DNA of 64,000 nucleotides from Methanoregula sp. (GTDB taxonomy: Archaea > Halobacteriota > Methanomicrobia > Methanomicrobiales > Methanospirillaceae): contig JBDKTL010000017.1 of assembly GCA_039698055.1 (NCBI GenBank), positions 22,521 to 86,520 on the forward strand, written 5' to 3'. This document shows positions 18,893 to 29,035 of the stretch, in pieces. Under the pieces are notes generated by a model. That model was not told the origin of the DNA. It ran no database searches and saw only the letters and a program-made list of their open reading frames with translations. Position numbers and translations under genes: made by a program. Position 1 is the stretch's first letter, and each line of letters starts with the position of its first letter.

Positions 18893-19047
18893 TCAAGGAT
18901 TAACGGGCTGGAGCAGGGGGAAACCAAAGAAACCCCTGTTTTTATGGTTCGGCTCTATGGCACTCCGGGATCCTGTCCGTGTTCACCCGATTTTTTTTAA
19001 ACCAATGTAAGATTTACGAAAAAAAAATAAAAAAAATGTCCCCGGTT

Positions 19048-20670
19048 TTATGGGGATACGGTCGGTGTCGCCGTGACTGTGGTATTTGTTGCGGGGGGTT
19101 CTGTTGTGATGACGGTTGTAGCTTTTGTTGTCGGAACCGGTGTCGGTGTGGGTGTTTTCAGCACCGCTTCGAATTCAATGCTTCCTTTGGGGACAACAGT
19201 TGAATCGCGCTTGATCAGGACGCCGTCCTTGTACAGTTCAATAACAAGTTCATCCCCGGACCCGTCCGTCTTTTTGATGGATGCGTCGACCGGCCCGTTC
19301 ACGGTGGGAATCTGGTAGAAATGTTCACCGGTTTCTGTTACCGGTGTCTGCGCTCCCGGTGTACCGTACGTCCCGGTAAATGTCTGCGGGTAACTGATTT
19401 TGATCCAGATGCCGGACTGGGGAATAAGCAAGGTCGGTTGCGCCGTCGCCACGGTGGTAGTAATCGTTGCCTGTGTCGGATGCGGTGTTGGCGTGGGAAT
19501 GGTGGTTGCAACGGTTGTGCCGGTCGGAACGATCGTCACATTTGTAGAATCCGGATGTTTCTGCAGAGACTGGGAATAGATAACGATACCGCCAATGACC
19601 AGGAGAATGACGATGGCAATGCCGATAATCGCCATGCGCCGTGGTTTTCTGGTGGACGGTGGTGACGGAACCGGTGGCAGGGGGGTTTGTGGCGGGGTTC
19701 CGGGTTGTGCAGCCGGTGCTGGTTCCGCCGGCGTTACGGATCCTTCATTTGCGGCGTTTATGATTGACGCAGCTGCCAGTTCAATCGCAGACGGCGAGAT
19801 CGTTTCCTGCTGCCCATCAGGAACCGGCGATGTCTCCGGGACTGGCACGAACGGGAGCGGCTCGCGGACCGGCTCCGGTACGATAGGCCGGGATCCCGCC
19901 CGGGGGACCGAATCTTCAATAAGCGGTTCGATGGAATGGATGATCTGTTCAATGGGACGCTCCTTGCGTTCGAACACCGGAGCGCTCATCGCCGGAACCG
20001 GGTCCCTGATAGTCCCGAGAACCTTTTCCGGCTCGGCGGGTTTTGTGCTTTGTGCCGGAACCCTGGTCCCGCACCGGTTGCAGAATGTCGATTCCGGAGG
20101 AATACGGTTGCCGCACCGTGGACAGAATGACCCTTGTGGCAGGGATGTGGTTTCTATGGGCTGGGGATAGACCGGGCTTTTCTCAATGATCTTCTTGATG
20201 GGCCGGGAAATCTCGATCTTCTTTTTTCCTGAAGTGCTTGCGACACCAATCGATGACGGGGCGGGTGTCCCGTACTTCTGCGCAGATGCAACTTCCGGTG
20301 CCGGCTCTGCCGGTTTTTCTTCTTTTGGCTGCATCAGTGCGATGCGCTCTTTGAGCAGCGCGGCAAAGTCATCGCATTCGCGTTTTCGCTCCCCGGTCTG
20401 GCGCGAGAACGTGAGAATCATCTGACGGGTCTTGCCGGTTTCAGTCCCGATTGAGAGGGTGAGGATTGAATCGCGTATTGCATTCTCACCGGTTTCGACT
20501 TTCTGGATAGTCGCAAGCTGGATATTCTGCTGGGGGATGACATTTTTCTTGTTATCGACAAGAAGCAGCCGCTTGGTTGTCAGTATTGCGTCAAAGGGAA
20601 TGGATTTAACTTTGACATTTTTTGTTTCCAGGATGATTGACTCATCACTGTAGAGATCGGTATAGCCCAT
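19048..20670 (-). CDS. Membrane protein with PH-like N-terminus, Zn ribbon, Pro-rich linker, TM and Thr-rich extracellular part
   Basis: LTTKRLLL motif, FCPRCG..FCNRCG and one TM segment. Confidence 0.75.
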   Translation of the reverse strand: MGYTDLYSDESIILETKNVKVKSIPFDAILTTKRLLLVDNKKNVIPQQNIQLATIQKVETGENAIRDSILTLSIGTETGKTRQMILTFSRQTGERKRECDDFAALLKERIALMQPKEEKPAEPAPEVASAQKYGTPAPSSIGVASTSGKKKIEISRPIKKIIEKSPVYPQPIETTSLPQGSFCPRCGNRIPPESTFCNRCGTRVPAQSTKPAEPEKVLGTIRDPVPAMSAPVFERKERPIEQIIHSIEPLIEDSVPRAGSRPIVPEPVREPLPFVPVPETSPVPDGQQETISPSAIELAAASIINAANEGSVTPAEPAPAAQPGTPPQTPLPPVPSPPSTRKPRRMAIIGIAIVILLVIGGIVIYSQSLQKHPDSTNVTIVPTGTTVATTIPTPTPHPTQATITTTVATAQPTLLIPQSGIWIKISYPQTFTGTYGTPGAQTPVTETGEHFYQIPTVNGPVDASIKKTDGSGDELVIELYKDGVLIKRDSTVVPKGSIEFEAVLKTPTPTPVPTTKATTVITTEPPATNTTVTATPTVSP

Positions 20671-20748
20671 AGTACCACATTCTTTACTATAGTTGTGCGC
20701 TATCCTCTCCAAATAAGTATTTGTTTTAAGAACGTGCCAAAAAAAGGT

Positions 20749-22026
20749 TCAGAGATATTCCAGATCGTTCATGTACGGCCGGAGCACGACGGGGATTTCA
20801 ACGGACCCGTCTTTTTGCTGGTTATTTTCAAGAATGGCCCGTATCGCCCGGGATGTCGCGATCGCGGTCGAATTCAGGGTATGGAGATAGTGCTTGGACT
20901 CAAAATTCTCCGTGTCCCGCACCCGGATATTGAGACTGGCCGACTGGTAGCTGGTGCAGTTGGAGCAGGACACGACTTCCCTGTACGCGTTCTCGCGGGG
21001 CATCCACACCTCGATATCGTATTTTTTCGCGGCCACGGTACCGATATCCCCGGTACAGATATTCACGACATGGTAGGGAAGACCAAGGCCCTGGAAGACT
21101 TCTTCGGCATTTGCCAGCAGTTCCTCGTGGATCTTCCACGAATCTTCCGGTGTGCAGAAGACAAACTGTTCCACTTTGCTGAACTGGTGGACCCGGAAAA
21201 GGCCCTTGGTGTCCAGCCCGTGCGACCCGATCTCCCGCCGGAAACAGGGTGAAACGCCCGCAAGCCGGAGCGGAAGATCTTTTTCTTCAAATATTTCGTC
21301 CTGGAACATCGCGCCGATCGGGTGTTCGCTCGTCGCTATCAGGTACGTGTCGTCACCATCGATCTTGTACATGACTTTTTCAAAGTCGTCGAGATCGGTC
21401 ACCCCTTCGTACGATGACCGGTTGATCATGAACGGGGGAATGACCGGTGTGAACCCTTTTTTTGCCAGCAGGTCGATGGTAAACCGCTGCAGTGCAAGGT
21501 CAAGCAGCACGAGGTTGCCTTTCAGGAAATAGAACCCTGCGCCGGAAATTTTTGCAGCCCGCTCAAAATCGGCCCATCCCTTGTCAGCGGCAAGCTGCCC
21601 GTGGTTTTTAAGTTCGAAATCAAATGTGCGGGGCGTCCCGACGCGTTTGAACTCCACGTTTTCGGTATCGTCCTTTCCCTGCGGGACACTCTCGTGCAGG
21701 ATATTGGGGAGCCGCATCAGGTACGCGTGAATCGTTGTGCTGATCTCTTCTTGTTCTGCATCGTTTTCCTTAATTTTCTGCGGAAGGTTAGCGGCTTCGA
21801 TCATCAGCGGCGCCGTATCTTTGCCGGCTTTTCGCGCTTCATTGATCTCGCGGGAAATGACATTACGGCGGCGGCGTAATTCGTCAGTCAGGCCTTTGAG
21901 TTCCCGGGACCGGGCGTCTTTTTGTAAAATCTCGTCCACCCACGGGAGCTTGAGAAGATCGTTGCGTTTTTTGAGATCGGCTTTTACCGCATCCGGATTT
22001 GCCCGTACAAACCTGATATCAAGCAT
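20749..22026 (-). CDS. serS: Seryl-tRNA synthetase (bacterial type)
   Basis: MLDIRF, LIATSEH, FRREIG..GLFRVHQFSKVE, EVVSCSNC and HTLNST motifs. Confidence 0.97.
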   Translation of the reverse strand: MLDIRFVRANPDAVKADLKKRNDLLKLPWVDEILQKDARSRELKGLTDELRRRRNVISREINEARKAGKDTAPLMIEAANLPQKIKENDAEQEEISTTIHAYLMRLPNILHESVPQGKDDTENVEFKRVGTPRTFDFELKNHGQLAADKGWADFERAAKISGAGFYFLKGNLVLLDLALQRFTIDLLAKKGFTPVIPPFMINRSSYEGVTDLDDFEKVMYKIDGDDTYLIATSEHPIGAMFQDEIFEEKDLPLRLAGVSPCFRREIGSHGLDTKGLFRVHQFSKVEQFVFCTPEDSWKIHEELLANAEEVFQGLGLPYHVVNICTGDIGTVAAKKYDIEVWMPRENAYREVVSCSNCTSYQSASLNIRVRDTENFESKHYLHTLNSTAIATSRAIRAILENNQQKDGSVEIPVVLRPYMNDLEYL

Positions 22027-22152
22027 AATTTACCCTTCCGTATTTTTTTGCTATTTCGTGATAGTGATATTGCCGTGCATTATGTATCTTTTATTCCCTT
22101 TCTCCTGTTTTCGTGCAGGAAAAAAATATCGTTATTATACGGGGAACCCCTG

Positions 22153-22938
22153 CTACGAATCCTCTTCAAAGAGCCAGCTGATATCGTCAAGATCGTCCAT
22201 GCCCTCCATCCGGCTGGAGATATCGGCATTTTTTGGAATCGTGATGTTTGCCTTGCAGGTGGCAGGGCCCCCAAAGGAATCAGGCCGGGGACCGCGTGCG
22301 ACAAAATCCCTGAGAATATCTTCCTGCATCTGCCAGTGCGTGCCGGTATCGTTGTCTTCATCGCCCGGGACCGGGGATGTCAGGCTGTCGAGCACCCGTT
22401 GTTTTTCAAGGACACGGTTGAATGTTTCCCGGTTCCTCTGCTGGCTCTCGGTATGGGACAGGATCGGGGACTGGATCTTGATCGACCGGGCAATCTCTTC
22501 AATCTTCTCAATCACCTGTTCGGCAACAATTTTCGGGTCGTCCTGGTCCTGCGTGATGGCAAAGATGTTGAAATCGTCGGTATAGATCCACTGGATCGAG
22601 GTGGTCGCCCCTCGCCGGAACAATCTCCCGGTTATCGTCCATTTCCCGGGACGGATGCAGAAGCCCCAGATCCGGAAGTCCGGGTTTTTCTTTGCTGTCA
22701 CCGGGTACACTTCGAGGTCCCGGATACCGGATCCTCCTCGTTTTTTTGATTCGGTAATGCTGATCTCAAAAAACCGGGTTGCGGCATAGGGCGGACCAAG
22801 CACGATACTCTCGAATACGTCGTGCCGGTATTCCATGACTTGGTGAATGTCGATCTCATACCCAAGGTCGACAAGATAGGTATGTATGCGGTGATCCCGG
22901 TCAGTATCCGTTACGGTGTGGCTGAGAATAATTGTCAT
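22153..22938 (-). CDS. Hypothetical protein
   Basis: 261-aa ORF filling the gap between serS and the methyltransferase, with an acidic tail and no recognised motif. Confidence 0.55.
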   Translation of the reverse strand: MTIILSHTVTDTDRDHRIHTYLVDLGYEIDIHQVMEYRHDVFESIVLGPPYAATRFFEISITESKKRGGSGIRDLEVYPVTAKKNPDFRIWGFCIRPGKWTITGRLFRRGATTSIQWIYTDDFNIFAITQDQDDPKIVAEQVIEKIEEIARSIKIQSPILSHTESQQRNRETFNRVLEKQRVLDSLTSPVPGDEDNDTGTHWQMQEDILRDFVARGPRPDSFGGPATCKANITIPKNADISSRMEGMDDLDDISWLFEEDS

Positions 22939-23148
22939 CAGGTTTCCACGACCCTGCAGGAAAAATACGCGGCATGCACACGGAAACTGCCAAACCGGGA
23001 TGATTGCGTCATCGCTATAAAATATCCCTTTTTCTGTTATAATACCTCTTTGGTTTGTGGGTTTATCGTCAAAACCGGGAATTCAGGATGTATGCGCCAC
23101 GATGGCATGGCATTATCTTCCTGCTCCCACAAACGGTATTCTTGCGTG

Positions 23149-23802
23149 ATGCCTGATCCCCCGACCCACGGTAATGATGCCGCCCCGTGGAATGCTGATT
23201 ATCTTCGCCGTGGACGGCTCTGGGGCGGCGCTGTTTTTAATCTGCCGGATCTGCCCGTGGGTTCCCGAGTCCTCGAACTGGGCTGCGGCACCGGAAAGAC
23301 ATTTTGCGCGATGCAGGCCCGGGGATATGATATCGTCGGGATTGATTTTTCCCATCATGCGGCTGGTTTGAGTCACCGTTCAGCAGGCGCCGGCGATCAG
23401 GGGCACGTGCTGATCGCAGATGCACGTGCACTTCCCTTTGCTGCAAACACGTTCGATGCGGTGATTGCATTCCATGTCATCGGTCATATGAGAATCCAGG
23501 ATCGTTACTGTTGTGCCCAAGAATCATGGCGTGTCCTCCGGGAGAAGGGAACCCTGTTTTTCCGGGAGTTCTCAGATGAGGATTTCCGGGCGGGGAAGGG
23601 CCGGACGGTGGAACCTGGCACATTCGAGCGCAACGAGGGTATTCTCACGCATTATTTCACCGAACCGGAAACCGGGGAATTATTCTCACGGTTTACGCGC
23701 TCCTGTCTTTCCACGCACCGCTGGACGATGACCGTGCGGGGAGAACGGCTGCAGCGGGCTGAAGTTGCCGGTATTTTTGTGAAACCTTTAAAAGCGACCT
23801 GA
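23149..23802 (+). CDS. Class I SAM-dependent methyltransferase
   Basis: VLELGCGTGK, GIDFS and DARALPF..FDAV motifs. Confidence 0.85.
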   Translation: MPDPPTHGNDAAPWNADYLRRGRLWGGAVFNLPDLPVGSRVLELGCGTGKTFCAMQARGYDIVGIDFSHHAAGLSHRSAGAGDQGHVLIADARALPFAANTFDAVIAFHVIGHMRIQDRYCCAQESWRVLREKGTLFFREFSDEDFRAGKGRTVEPGTFERNEGILTHYFTEPETGELFSRFTRSCLSTHRWTMTVRGERLQRAEVAGIFVKPLKAT

Positions 23803-23881
23803 ATTAAAATAAACGCAGAACAATTGGCAATTATTAAATGAACCGCGTGCGTTAACTATTCTCGCAATCAGAGATGATTTC

Positions 23882-24439
23882 ATGAAAAAACTGTTACTTA
23901 TTGCATTCCTTATCAGTATCGCCTTTGTCGGATGCGTGTCTGCACTCAGTGTCACGGCAGAAACTGTAACGCCCCAGATGATTGGCGGCGACAAGGGAAC
24001 CTACCTTGTCACGGCAAATGTCGATGGCGCAAATGTCACCTTCGACAGCGATCCCGTGGGCGTTATCACCAACGGGCAGCTTCTCGTTGAAGTCTATACG
24101 ACCGGCACTCCTTACCGTGTCATGACGGTTGAAAAGACCGGCTATGCAGTCTATACGGCCAATATTACTGAGGTCCCGGCAAAGGGCGAGACCGTAACCA
24201 TGAACGTCACGCTGGTTCCTCTCGCTCCCGTTACGACAGTTTCTGCCGAGATAAACAGCACTGCCCCCCAGACCGCCGTCTCCACACCAGCAGATGCCGG
24301 TGTTAATGCGACCGTTGAAAGCACCGGACAGGCCACCAGTGCAGCAACCCCGTCACCCACGAAATCCGCGAGTGCGCCGGTCGTGGCTCTTGCCGCATTC
24401 GGTATTGTCGGCATCCTTGCGCTGAGATCACGGCGCTAA
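23882..24439 (+). CDS. Surface protein with PEGA-like domain and C-terminal sorting signal
   Basis: Signal peptide, GGDKG domain, Thr-rich linker and PTKS-TM-RSRR tail. Confidence 0.8.
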   Translation: MKKLLLIAFLISIAFVGCVSALSVTAETVTPQMIGGDKGTYLVTANVDGANVTFDSDPVGVITNGQLLVEVYTTGTPYRVMTVEKTGYAVYTANITEVPAKGETVTMNVTLVPLAPVTTVSAEINSTAPQTAVSTPADAGVNATVESTGQATSAATPSPTKSASAPVVALAAFGIVGILALRSRR

Positions 24440-24821
24440 CTTTTTCTCTTCAATTTTTTTTATCAACAGCCATCCGGTTTTTCAGCCTTGCATGCAGTCC
24501 CGGTAAAAGTATTTCACCGAATCTCCGGTATTTCGGTTCAGGAATAAGCCGGTTATCGGACGGCATAAAAAAATCTCATGGCACCTGGTGGGCACGACTC
24601 CTGCCGTGAATTATCCTGTTATTTTTCCCATTACCCGGATTTTTGCCAGCCCCCGCATGCACTCCTGTTGCCAGACCAGGAACGTCGGTATCCTGCTGGT
24701 GCCGGTTCACCATTCCTACGCCATTTTTTTAAGAAAAATGCCGGCTGTCTTAAATTTTTTTCCCAGAACGGGGAAATCTATTTTAACGAGAGGACTAATT
24801 CTCATGGAGAGGGAAACCCCT

Positions 24822-26126
24822 ATGAAAAAATTGCTGTTTTGCATATGTTTTGTTCTCTGCCTCTTTGCTGCAATTCCTGTTGTGAGCGGACTTGGCGGGG
24901 ATGAGGGATGGATCCAGATCTTCTGCAATGTCAACGGGGCATCGGTCAGTTTTGACGGGCAGTATAAAGGTGAGATCAGCGGTGGTCAGCTGACCGTTCC
25001 TGTCTATACGACAGCATCACCCTTCAGTTCGTATACGGTTGAAAAAAGCGGTTACTATTCGGCAAGTGGCGGGATTGTAATGCCAGCCGCCGGGGACACC
25101 CAGACATATTACGCAACCCTGCAACCAATACCCACCCCGACTCCGGCATATGGTTCGATCGTTGTGGATTCATCCCCTTCGGGCGCGGCGATTTACCTGA
25201 ACGGGAATTATCGCGGGGTTGCCCCGTTGACCATTCACAATGTCGCGCAGGGGAGCTATACGGTAGGGGCGGAACTTGATGGATACAATCCCTATACCAC
25301 GACAATCTCTGTTTCGGCGGGACTGCAATCGAATGTGTACTGCACGCTCTCCCGGATTGTATCGTCAGGGGCTCTCTACGTAACCTCAGTGCCCTCCGGA
25401 TCGATGGTTTATCTTGACGGCAATTACCGTGGCAGGACGCCGCTCTCGCTGAATAATATCGCAACCGGATCACACATTGTCGAATGCGATCTTGCGGGTT
25501 ATTACGACTGGAAATCTACAGTCAGTGTACCCGTGGGTGGAACAATGACGGTGACTGCACCCTTGAGTCCGATACCCGCAAGTACGGCTGGCTGGATCTA
25601 TGTCACATCAAACCCGGGTGGAGCAGCGGTTTTTCTTGACGGTGGAACAGCCGGCACGACCCCTGCCAGCGGCACGCTGAATCTCAACGCTGTGACTGCG
25701 GGGGATCACACAATTATGGTGAAACTGGATGGGTACCAGGATTACACGACAAGTGTCAATGTCCAGCCGGCGGCAGTCTCCCAGGTCGATGCAGTTCTTG
25801 TGCCATCTGGCCAGGGTTCATCAACCGGCATACTGAGTATCTCGTCAACGCCGTCTGGTGCAAATGTCTATGTGGATAACAATCTTCGCGGAGTAACTCC
25901 CCTGACGCTTACCGGCCTGTCCGCAGGGGCCCACGCCGTCCAGGTCCAGATGTCCGGCTACCAGGCTTATGTCGAGACCGTACAGGTGAATGCCGGCGCG
26001 ACCAATACAGTAAATACCGTTCTCAATCCATCGACACAGCCCACACAAAAATCCGGTATGCCCCTGTATGTTATCGGCATTGCCGGTATCATTGCCGGGC
26101 TGATCCTTATCCACCGGCGCGGGTAA
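24822..26126 (+). CDS. PEGA repeat surface protein
   Basis: Four S.PSGA.VY.DG...G.TP repeats and a TQKS-TM-HRRG tail. Confidence 0.88.
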   Translation: MKKLLFCICFVLCLFAAIPVVSGLGGDEGWIQIFCNVNGASVSFDGQYKGEISGGQLTVPVYTTASPFSSYTVEKSGYYSASGGIVMPAAGDTQTYYATLQPIPTPTPAYGSIVVDSSPSGAAIYLNGNYRGVAPLTIHNVAQGSYTVGAELDGYNPYTTTISVSAGLQSNVYCTLSRIVSSGALYVTSVPSGSMVYLDGNYRGRTPLSLNNIATGSHIVECDLAGYYDWKSTVSVPVGGTMTVTAPLSPIPASTAGWIYVTSNPGGAAVFLDGGTAGTTPASGTLNLNAVTAGDHTIMVKLDGYQDYTTSVNVQPAAVSQVDAVLVPSGQGSSTGILSISSTPSGANVYVDNNLRGVTPLTLTGLSAGAHAVQVQMSGYQAYVETVQVNAGATNTVNTVLNPSTQPTQKSGMPLYVIGIAGIIAGLILIHRRG

Positions 26127-26290
26127 CACGAACTCACCATTTTTTTATTTTTTTTAGTCGTCACGTAGACGATCTCATTTTTTGTCGACAACCTGTGCAG
26201 TCCGATTTTTACGGGCAATGTTCATGATAAAAAAAAAATAAAAATATTCCCATTTCAGAAATTAGAAAAAAGATCCAAAAAAAAAAAGTT

Positions 26291-27163
26291 TTATTTTTTT
26301 ATGGGTTTTTGGCACATCATAATAATGCTGCACCCGGCAACGACAATTACCACAAGCCCGATAACTACAAGGATACCCGTCCATCCCCATCCGTTTTGTT
26401 CCGGTGTTTTTGGAACATAGGAGAGCACTTCAACATCGGTCGTCACGTTCCCGGGCGTTATCGTGACCGTTTTGGTCAGCGTGACAAACCCGTCCAGCTC
26501 CAGTCGAATTTCATGATCCCCCGGCGCAATGCCGGAAACTACAAAGGGCGTGTTTCCGGCATAAACGGAGTCGACATAGACCAGCGCATTATCAGGGGAC
26601 GATGAAATCGAGAGGGATCCCTGCATGGATGTATCGGTCACCGGAACCTTTTTGTCCGGATCGATAATGATATGCCTGAGTGACGGCAGAACCGACGAAT
26701 CGGTAAACGTCCGGGAATACCCGTCCGGGAAGGTGATCACAATCGACTGCGGTGAAAAATCAGCGGATATTACCGAACTGACCGCGGAATTTTGCAGTGC
26801 AATTTCCGCTTTTTTAAAATCCATCGATGCGGTCTGGTATTCCGTGCCGGTGGGGACATCAGTTACCATGGCGAAATTTTTCATCAGCATGGATACCCCT
26901 GACCTGTCAAACGAGAGAATGACCGGTGGATCGGAATTGGTTGTCAGCCCTTTTTTGAGTTCATCTTCAAGCATTGATTGCGGAATGGCATTTTCCAGTG
27001 CGCCTTCAAGGGCAAACCTGAAATCTGCAATAGCGTCCCCGTTTTTATCAACGGTGATATCAAGGGACTGTGCCGTAAAAGCATATGCCGGCGCAACAAG
27101 AATGGCAAGCACGCATACCGCACAGACAAAATGTTTTATGGAGGGATACGTATCGTTCATCAT
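26291..27163 (-). CDS. PEGA domain membrane protein
   Basis: Signal peptide, SSPDNALVYVD...GNTP and a C-terminal TM. Confidence 0.8.
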   Translation of the reverse strand: MMNDTYPSIKHFVCAVCVLAILVAPAYAFTAQSLDITVDKNGDAIADFRFALEGALENAIPQSMLEDELKKGLTTNSDPPVILSFDRSGVSMLMKNFAMVTDVPTGTEYQTASMDFKKAEIALQNSAVSSVISADFSPQSIVITFPDGYSRTFTDSSVLPSLRHIIIDPDKKVPVTDTSMQGSLSISSSPDNALVYVDSVYAGNTPFVVSGIAPGDHEIRLELDGFVTLTKTVTITPGNVTTDVEVLSYVPKTPEQNGWGWTGILVVIGLVVIVVAGCSIIMMCQKPIKK

Positions 27164-27337
27164 GTGACCAGCCTTTTTTTTTTAAAATCTGAACCGGATT
27201 TAATAGACACTCTGTTTTATCACTCATTAATGTAACAGGTCTGGTTCCTGCAATTTTTGCCTGCCGGGGATTACATCGCAAGAGAACCCGGGGGATAAAT
27301 CAGGTTGATATAGCATACCGGCAGAGTCCTATCTGAC

Positions 27338-27994
27338 ATGATCGAAACTGTCCTGATGATCCTCCTCCATCTCGATGAGCATCTCGGCACGGTGGTGCAC
27401 GACTATGGCATCTGGACGTACCTCCTCCTGTTTTTTATTATCTTTTTTGAGACGGGATTTGTTGTCACACCGTTTCTTCCCGGCGATTCCCTGCTCTTTG
27501 TTGCCGGTGCTGCCGCTGCCGGCGGAATAATGGACCTCCACCTGCTCATCGCAGCGTTCATTCTCGGGGCCATCCTTGGCGATACGGCAAATTACTGGAT
27601 CGGGAATTATGTCGGCCTGCACGTATTCCAGGAACGGTTCCCCACGCTCGTGAAAAAAGAATATATCGATCGGACGTACGGGTTCTATGAGAAGTACGGC
27701 GGCCTGACCATTTTTGTTGCCCAGTTCGTGCCGGTTGTCCGCACCTTTGCCCCGTTCCTGGCCGGTGTCGGGGCGATGCATTACCGGCGATTCTTACTGT
27801 ACAATGTGATTGGCGCAATATCGTGGACGCTTGTTGTCGTCCTTGCCGGGTATTATTTGGGCACTCTTCCCATTGTCCAGGACAACATGAATGTCCTTAT
27901 CCTGCTTGTCCTGCTCGTTTCGCTGGTCACCATTGTTGCACTCGTAGGTGGACTCGTCTCATCATATTTCCAGAAAAAGAAAGAGCTGCCATAG
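27338..27994 (+). CDS. DedA (VTT) family membrane protein
   Basis: FFETG..PFLPGDSLLF and FVPVVRTFAPF motifs. Confidence 0.92.
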   Translation: MIETVLMILLHLDEHLGTVVHDYGIWTYLLLFFIIFFETGFVVTPFLPGDSLLFVAGAAAAGGIMDLHLLIAAFILGAILGDTANYWIGNYVGLHVFQERFPTLVKKEYIDRTYGFYEKYGGLTIFVAQFVPVVRTFAPFLAGVGAMHYRRFLLYNVIGAISWTLVVVLAGYYLGTLPIVQDNMNVLILLVLLVSLVTIVALVGGLVSSYFQKKKELP

Positions 27995-28216
27995 GTGCCG
28001 GAGTAATCTTTTTGCCGCACTTTTTTTTTTGGATTTTTTATTGTTACCACATTGCAAAAGAAGTGTGCCGGCAAAAATCGGGACTATTTTTTAATTGTAT
28101 TGGGGAGTCCGGATATTGTACAAAATTTCTCATGGCTCCCCATTATTTCGTTTGCCCATTGTCACCCAGCTTAAATACAATGGCACCCTCATTTCATGCA
28201 GGATGATGGTGGGGAT

Positions 28217-29011
28217 ATGAAGATCGCTGTCGCGGGAAAAGGGGGCGTTGGAAAAACCCTGATCGCGAGCGGACTGGCATGGTCGTTTTCCCGTGCGGGA
28301 TTAACAACCATCGCTATCGATGCCGATCCGTCCCCCAACCTTGCACTCTCGTTAGGGCTTTCTGCCAAAGAGACCAGCGCAATTGTTCCCATATCGGAAA
28401 ATGAAGCGCTTATCAAAAAAAAGACCGGGACCAGTTTTCCCGGGGTCTACAACCTGAACTTTTCGGTCGATGATATCATACGGGACTTCTCTGTTTCCAC
28501 GCCATCGGGCGTCCACCTGCTCGTGATGGGAACCGTGAAATCCATGGGCTCGGGGTGCACCTGCCCGGCAAACAGCGTGACCCGGGCACTGATCCGCCAC
28601 CTTGTCGTCGATCAGAGCGATGTGGTCGTGCTGGATATGGAAGCCGGCATCGAACATCTGGGGCGGGGTACGGCAGAACAGGTAGACGTGATGATTGTCG
28701 CAAGCGATGCCAATAAAAAATCCCTTGCTATCGCCGCAACGATTGCCCGGATGGCGCAGGATGCCGGCATTCCCCGGGTGGAACTGGTCGCAAACCGGAT
28801 CGAAAATCCCGGTGAGGAATCCCTTGTGCGGGCTTTTGCTTTGGAGCACCAGCTGGCGGTTCTTGGGATCGTTCCCTTCGATCCTGCGGTTGTACGGGCG
28901 GGTATTGAGGGCAGCCCGGTCATGGCGCTCGAAGGAACACCGGCATTCTGCGCAATCGAAGCGATTGGCTGGAAGATTATGGGCAGTAGTTCTAAAATAA
29001 AAATTGTGTAA
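28217..29011 (+). CDS. cooC: CooC-type Ni-insertion ATPase
   Basis: GKGGVGKT, GCTCP and DMEAGIEHLGRG motifs. Confidence 0.9.
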   Translation: MKIAVAGKGGVGKTLIASGLAWSFSRAGLTTIAIDADPSPNLALSLGLSAKETSAIVPISENEALIKKKTGTSFPGVYNLNFSVDDIIRDFSVSTPSGVHLLVMGTVKSMGSGCTCPANSVTRALIRHLVVDQSDVVVLDMEAGIEHLGRGTAEQVDVMIVASDANKKSLAIAATIARMAQDAGIPRVELVANRIENPGEESLVRAFALEHQLAVLGIVPFDPAVVRAGIEGSPVMALEGTPAFCAIEAIGWKIMGSSSKIKIV

Positions 29012-29035
29012 GAGCAGGGACAGGCAGGAATACCG

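Noticed and set aside
18946-18962. GGTTCGGCTCTATGGCA as a degenerate second attR
   Set aside because: Only 9 of 11 matches to the attR segment and no arm repeat; compatible with chance.
20749-22026. Bacterial-type SerRS as a horizontal transfer
   Set aside because: This type is common in many archaea, and its composition matches the flanking core genes.
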